This document shows positions 62,950 through 64,000 of a stretch of DNA of 64,000 bases, one piece after another. Under the pieces are notes generated by a model. It was given only the letters and a program-made list of their open reading frames with translations, did not search any database and was not told where the DNA came from. Made by a program: the position numbers and the translations under genes. This DNA is from Neocallimastix sp. 'constans' (lineage: Eukaryota), in NCBI GenBank assembly GCA_050613775.1, contig JBODTK010000103.1:434001-498000 (forward strand), read 5' to 3'. Positions within the stretch are counted from its first letter, which is position 1; each line of letters opens with the position of its first letter.

Positions 62950-63406
62950 ATGATTAAAGAAATTATAAAGATTCATTATAAATATGATGTTGATGCTCAC
63001 GACATCGACCATGTTATATTACCATCTATTAATGACATTTATGATAAATCAAAAATGTAAGTTTATTTTATTTTATTTTTTAAAAAAAGAAGTAATTATT
63101 ATAAAAATCCTTAATAGTATTGTTTATAATAGTAATAATATTATTAATATTATTATTTATAAATAATTTTTATTTATTTAAAAAAAAAAAAAAAATAAAG
63201 GTTATATAATAATTCAGTTGTGGTGAAGAGAAATTCATTTGACTCTTATTTTAAGTACATATTTGATACTTTACATATATACATATATATATTAAAAATA
63301 ATTAAATTTCATATGCATTAATATATTTAAATATCTTTAATTTTTATTATATATATTATATTATATTAGAGAATGGTTTTCTTTTTTATTTTCTTCAATG
63401 TTAAAG
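62950..63406 (+). CDS. Candidate 5' exons of a gene continuing past the right edge; product unknown
   Basis: 62950-63056 (GTAAGT donor), 63201-63254 and 63370-about 63406 splice in frame to MIKEIIKIHYKYDVDAHDIDHVILPSINDIYDKSKMLYNNSVVVKRNSFDSYFKEWFSFLFSSMLK. Confidence 0.5.
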
Positions 63407-64000
63407 GTTTTAAAAATGTAAAATAACTCTTTAAACTTTTATTTTTGACTTTTGAAAGAATATTAATTCAATTATATTCATACTCACAAATTAAAAAAAC
63501 AACACAAATAACAACAACAACGAAAAAACTACTTTATTCACACATAAAACACATTTTAATAATTGTGCTTTACACAACTGCATATGAGAAAGAAAAAAAA
63601 AATTAAATTAATTCATTATAATACTGTTTCTCATTTTATTACCATGAATTGTAAATATTTCTTCCTCTTTTCATTTTTAAAATTTTTAATGGAATGGAAG
63701 AAGAGTTTTAAGTTAGAATACAATTGTGATAATACCTTAGAAAAGATTATATTATAAAAAAAAATCTTTTATATAATATATATAACTTTTCTAATTTAAA
63801 TTATTATAAATGTATTATTTTTTTTCCCTCCTTTCCTTCATTCTTTTTAATTATTTTAAAATATTTTATTTGTAATTGCTTATTTCTATATTCATTATAA
63901 ATATATAGATATTCTTACTTGTTAGTCGATAAGAATTTTTGTTAATAAGTTTAAAATTATATACATATATATTTTAGAAACTTATTTTTAATTAGAACTT

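Overview
Extremely AT-rich, intron-rich eukaryotic genomic DNA with long (AAT)n, poly-A and poly-T tracts. Composition, intron style and protein features fit an anaerobic gut fungus (Neocallimastigomycota); this is an inference. I reconstructed five complete spliced genes by hand: TRM2/TRMT2A tRNA m5U54 methyltransferase (12 exons, minus), a 2011-aa multi-pass membrane class I cyclic-nucleotide phosphodiesterase (plus), proteasome beta-3/PUP3 (minus, with 3-, 9- and 6-nt leading coding exons), a molybdopterin-binding-domain FAD-pyrophosphatase-like protein with an organellar presequence (minus) and a 1320-aa unknown protein (minus). Partial genes lie at both window edges. The most notable signal is that TRM2 has two U12-type (minor spliceosome) introns, one AT-AC and one GT-AG, whose best U12 branch-site matches lie about 90 and 135 nt upstream of the 3' splice site rather than the usual 10-20 nt. 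The window also holds a TSD-flanked, T-tailed SINE with a tRNA-3'-half+CCA head, several LINE 3' remnants with related ends, a MULE transposase relic, a foldback MITE and an NlpC/P60-like pseudogene.
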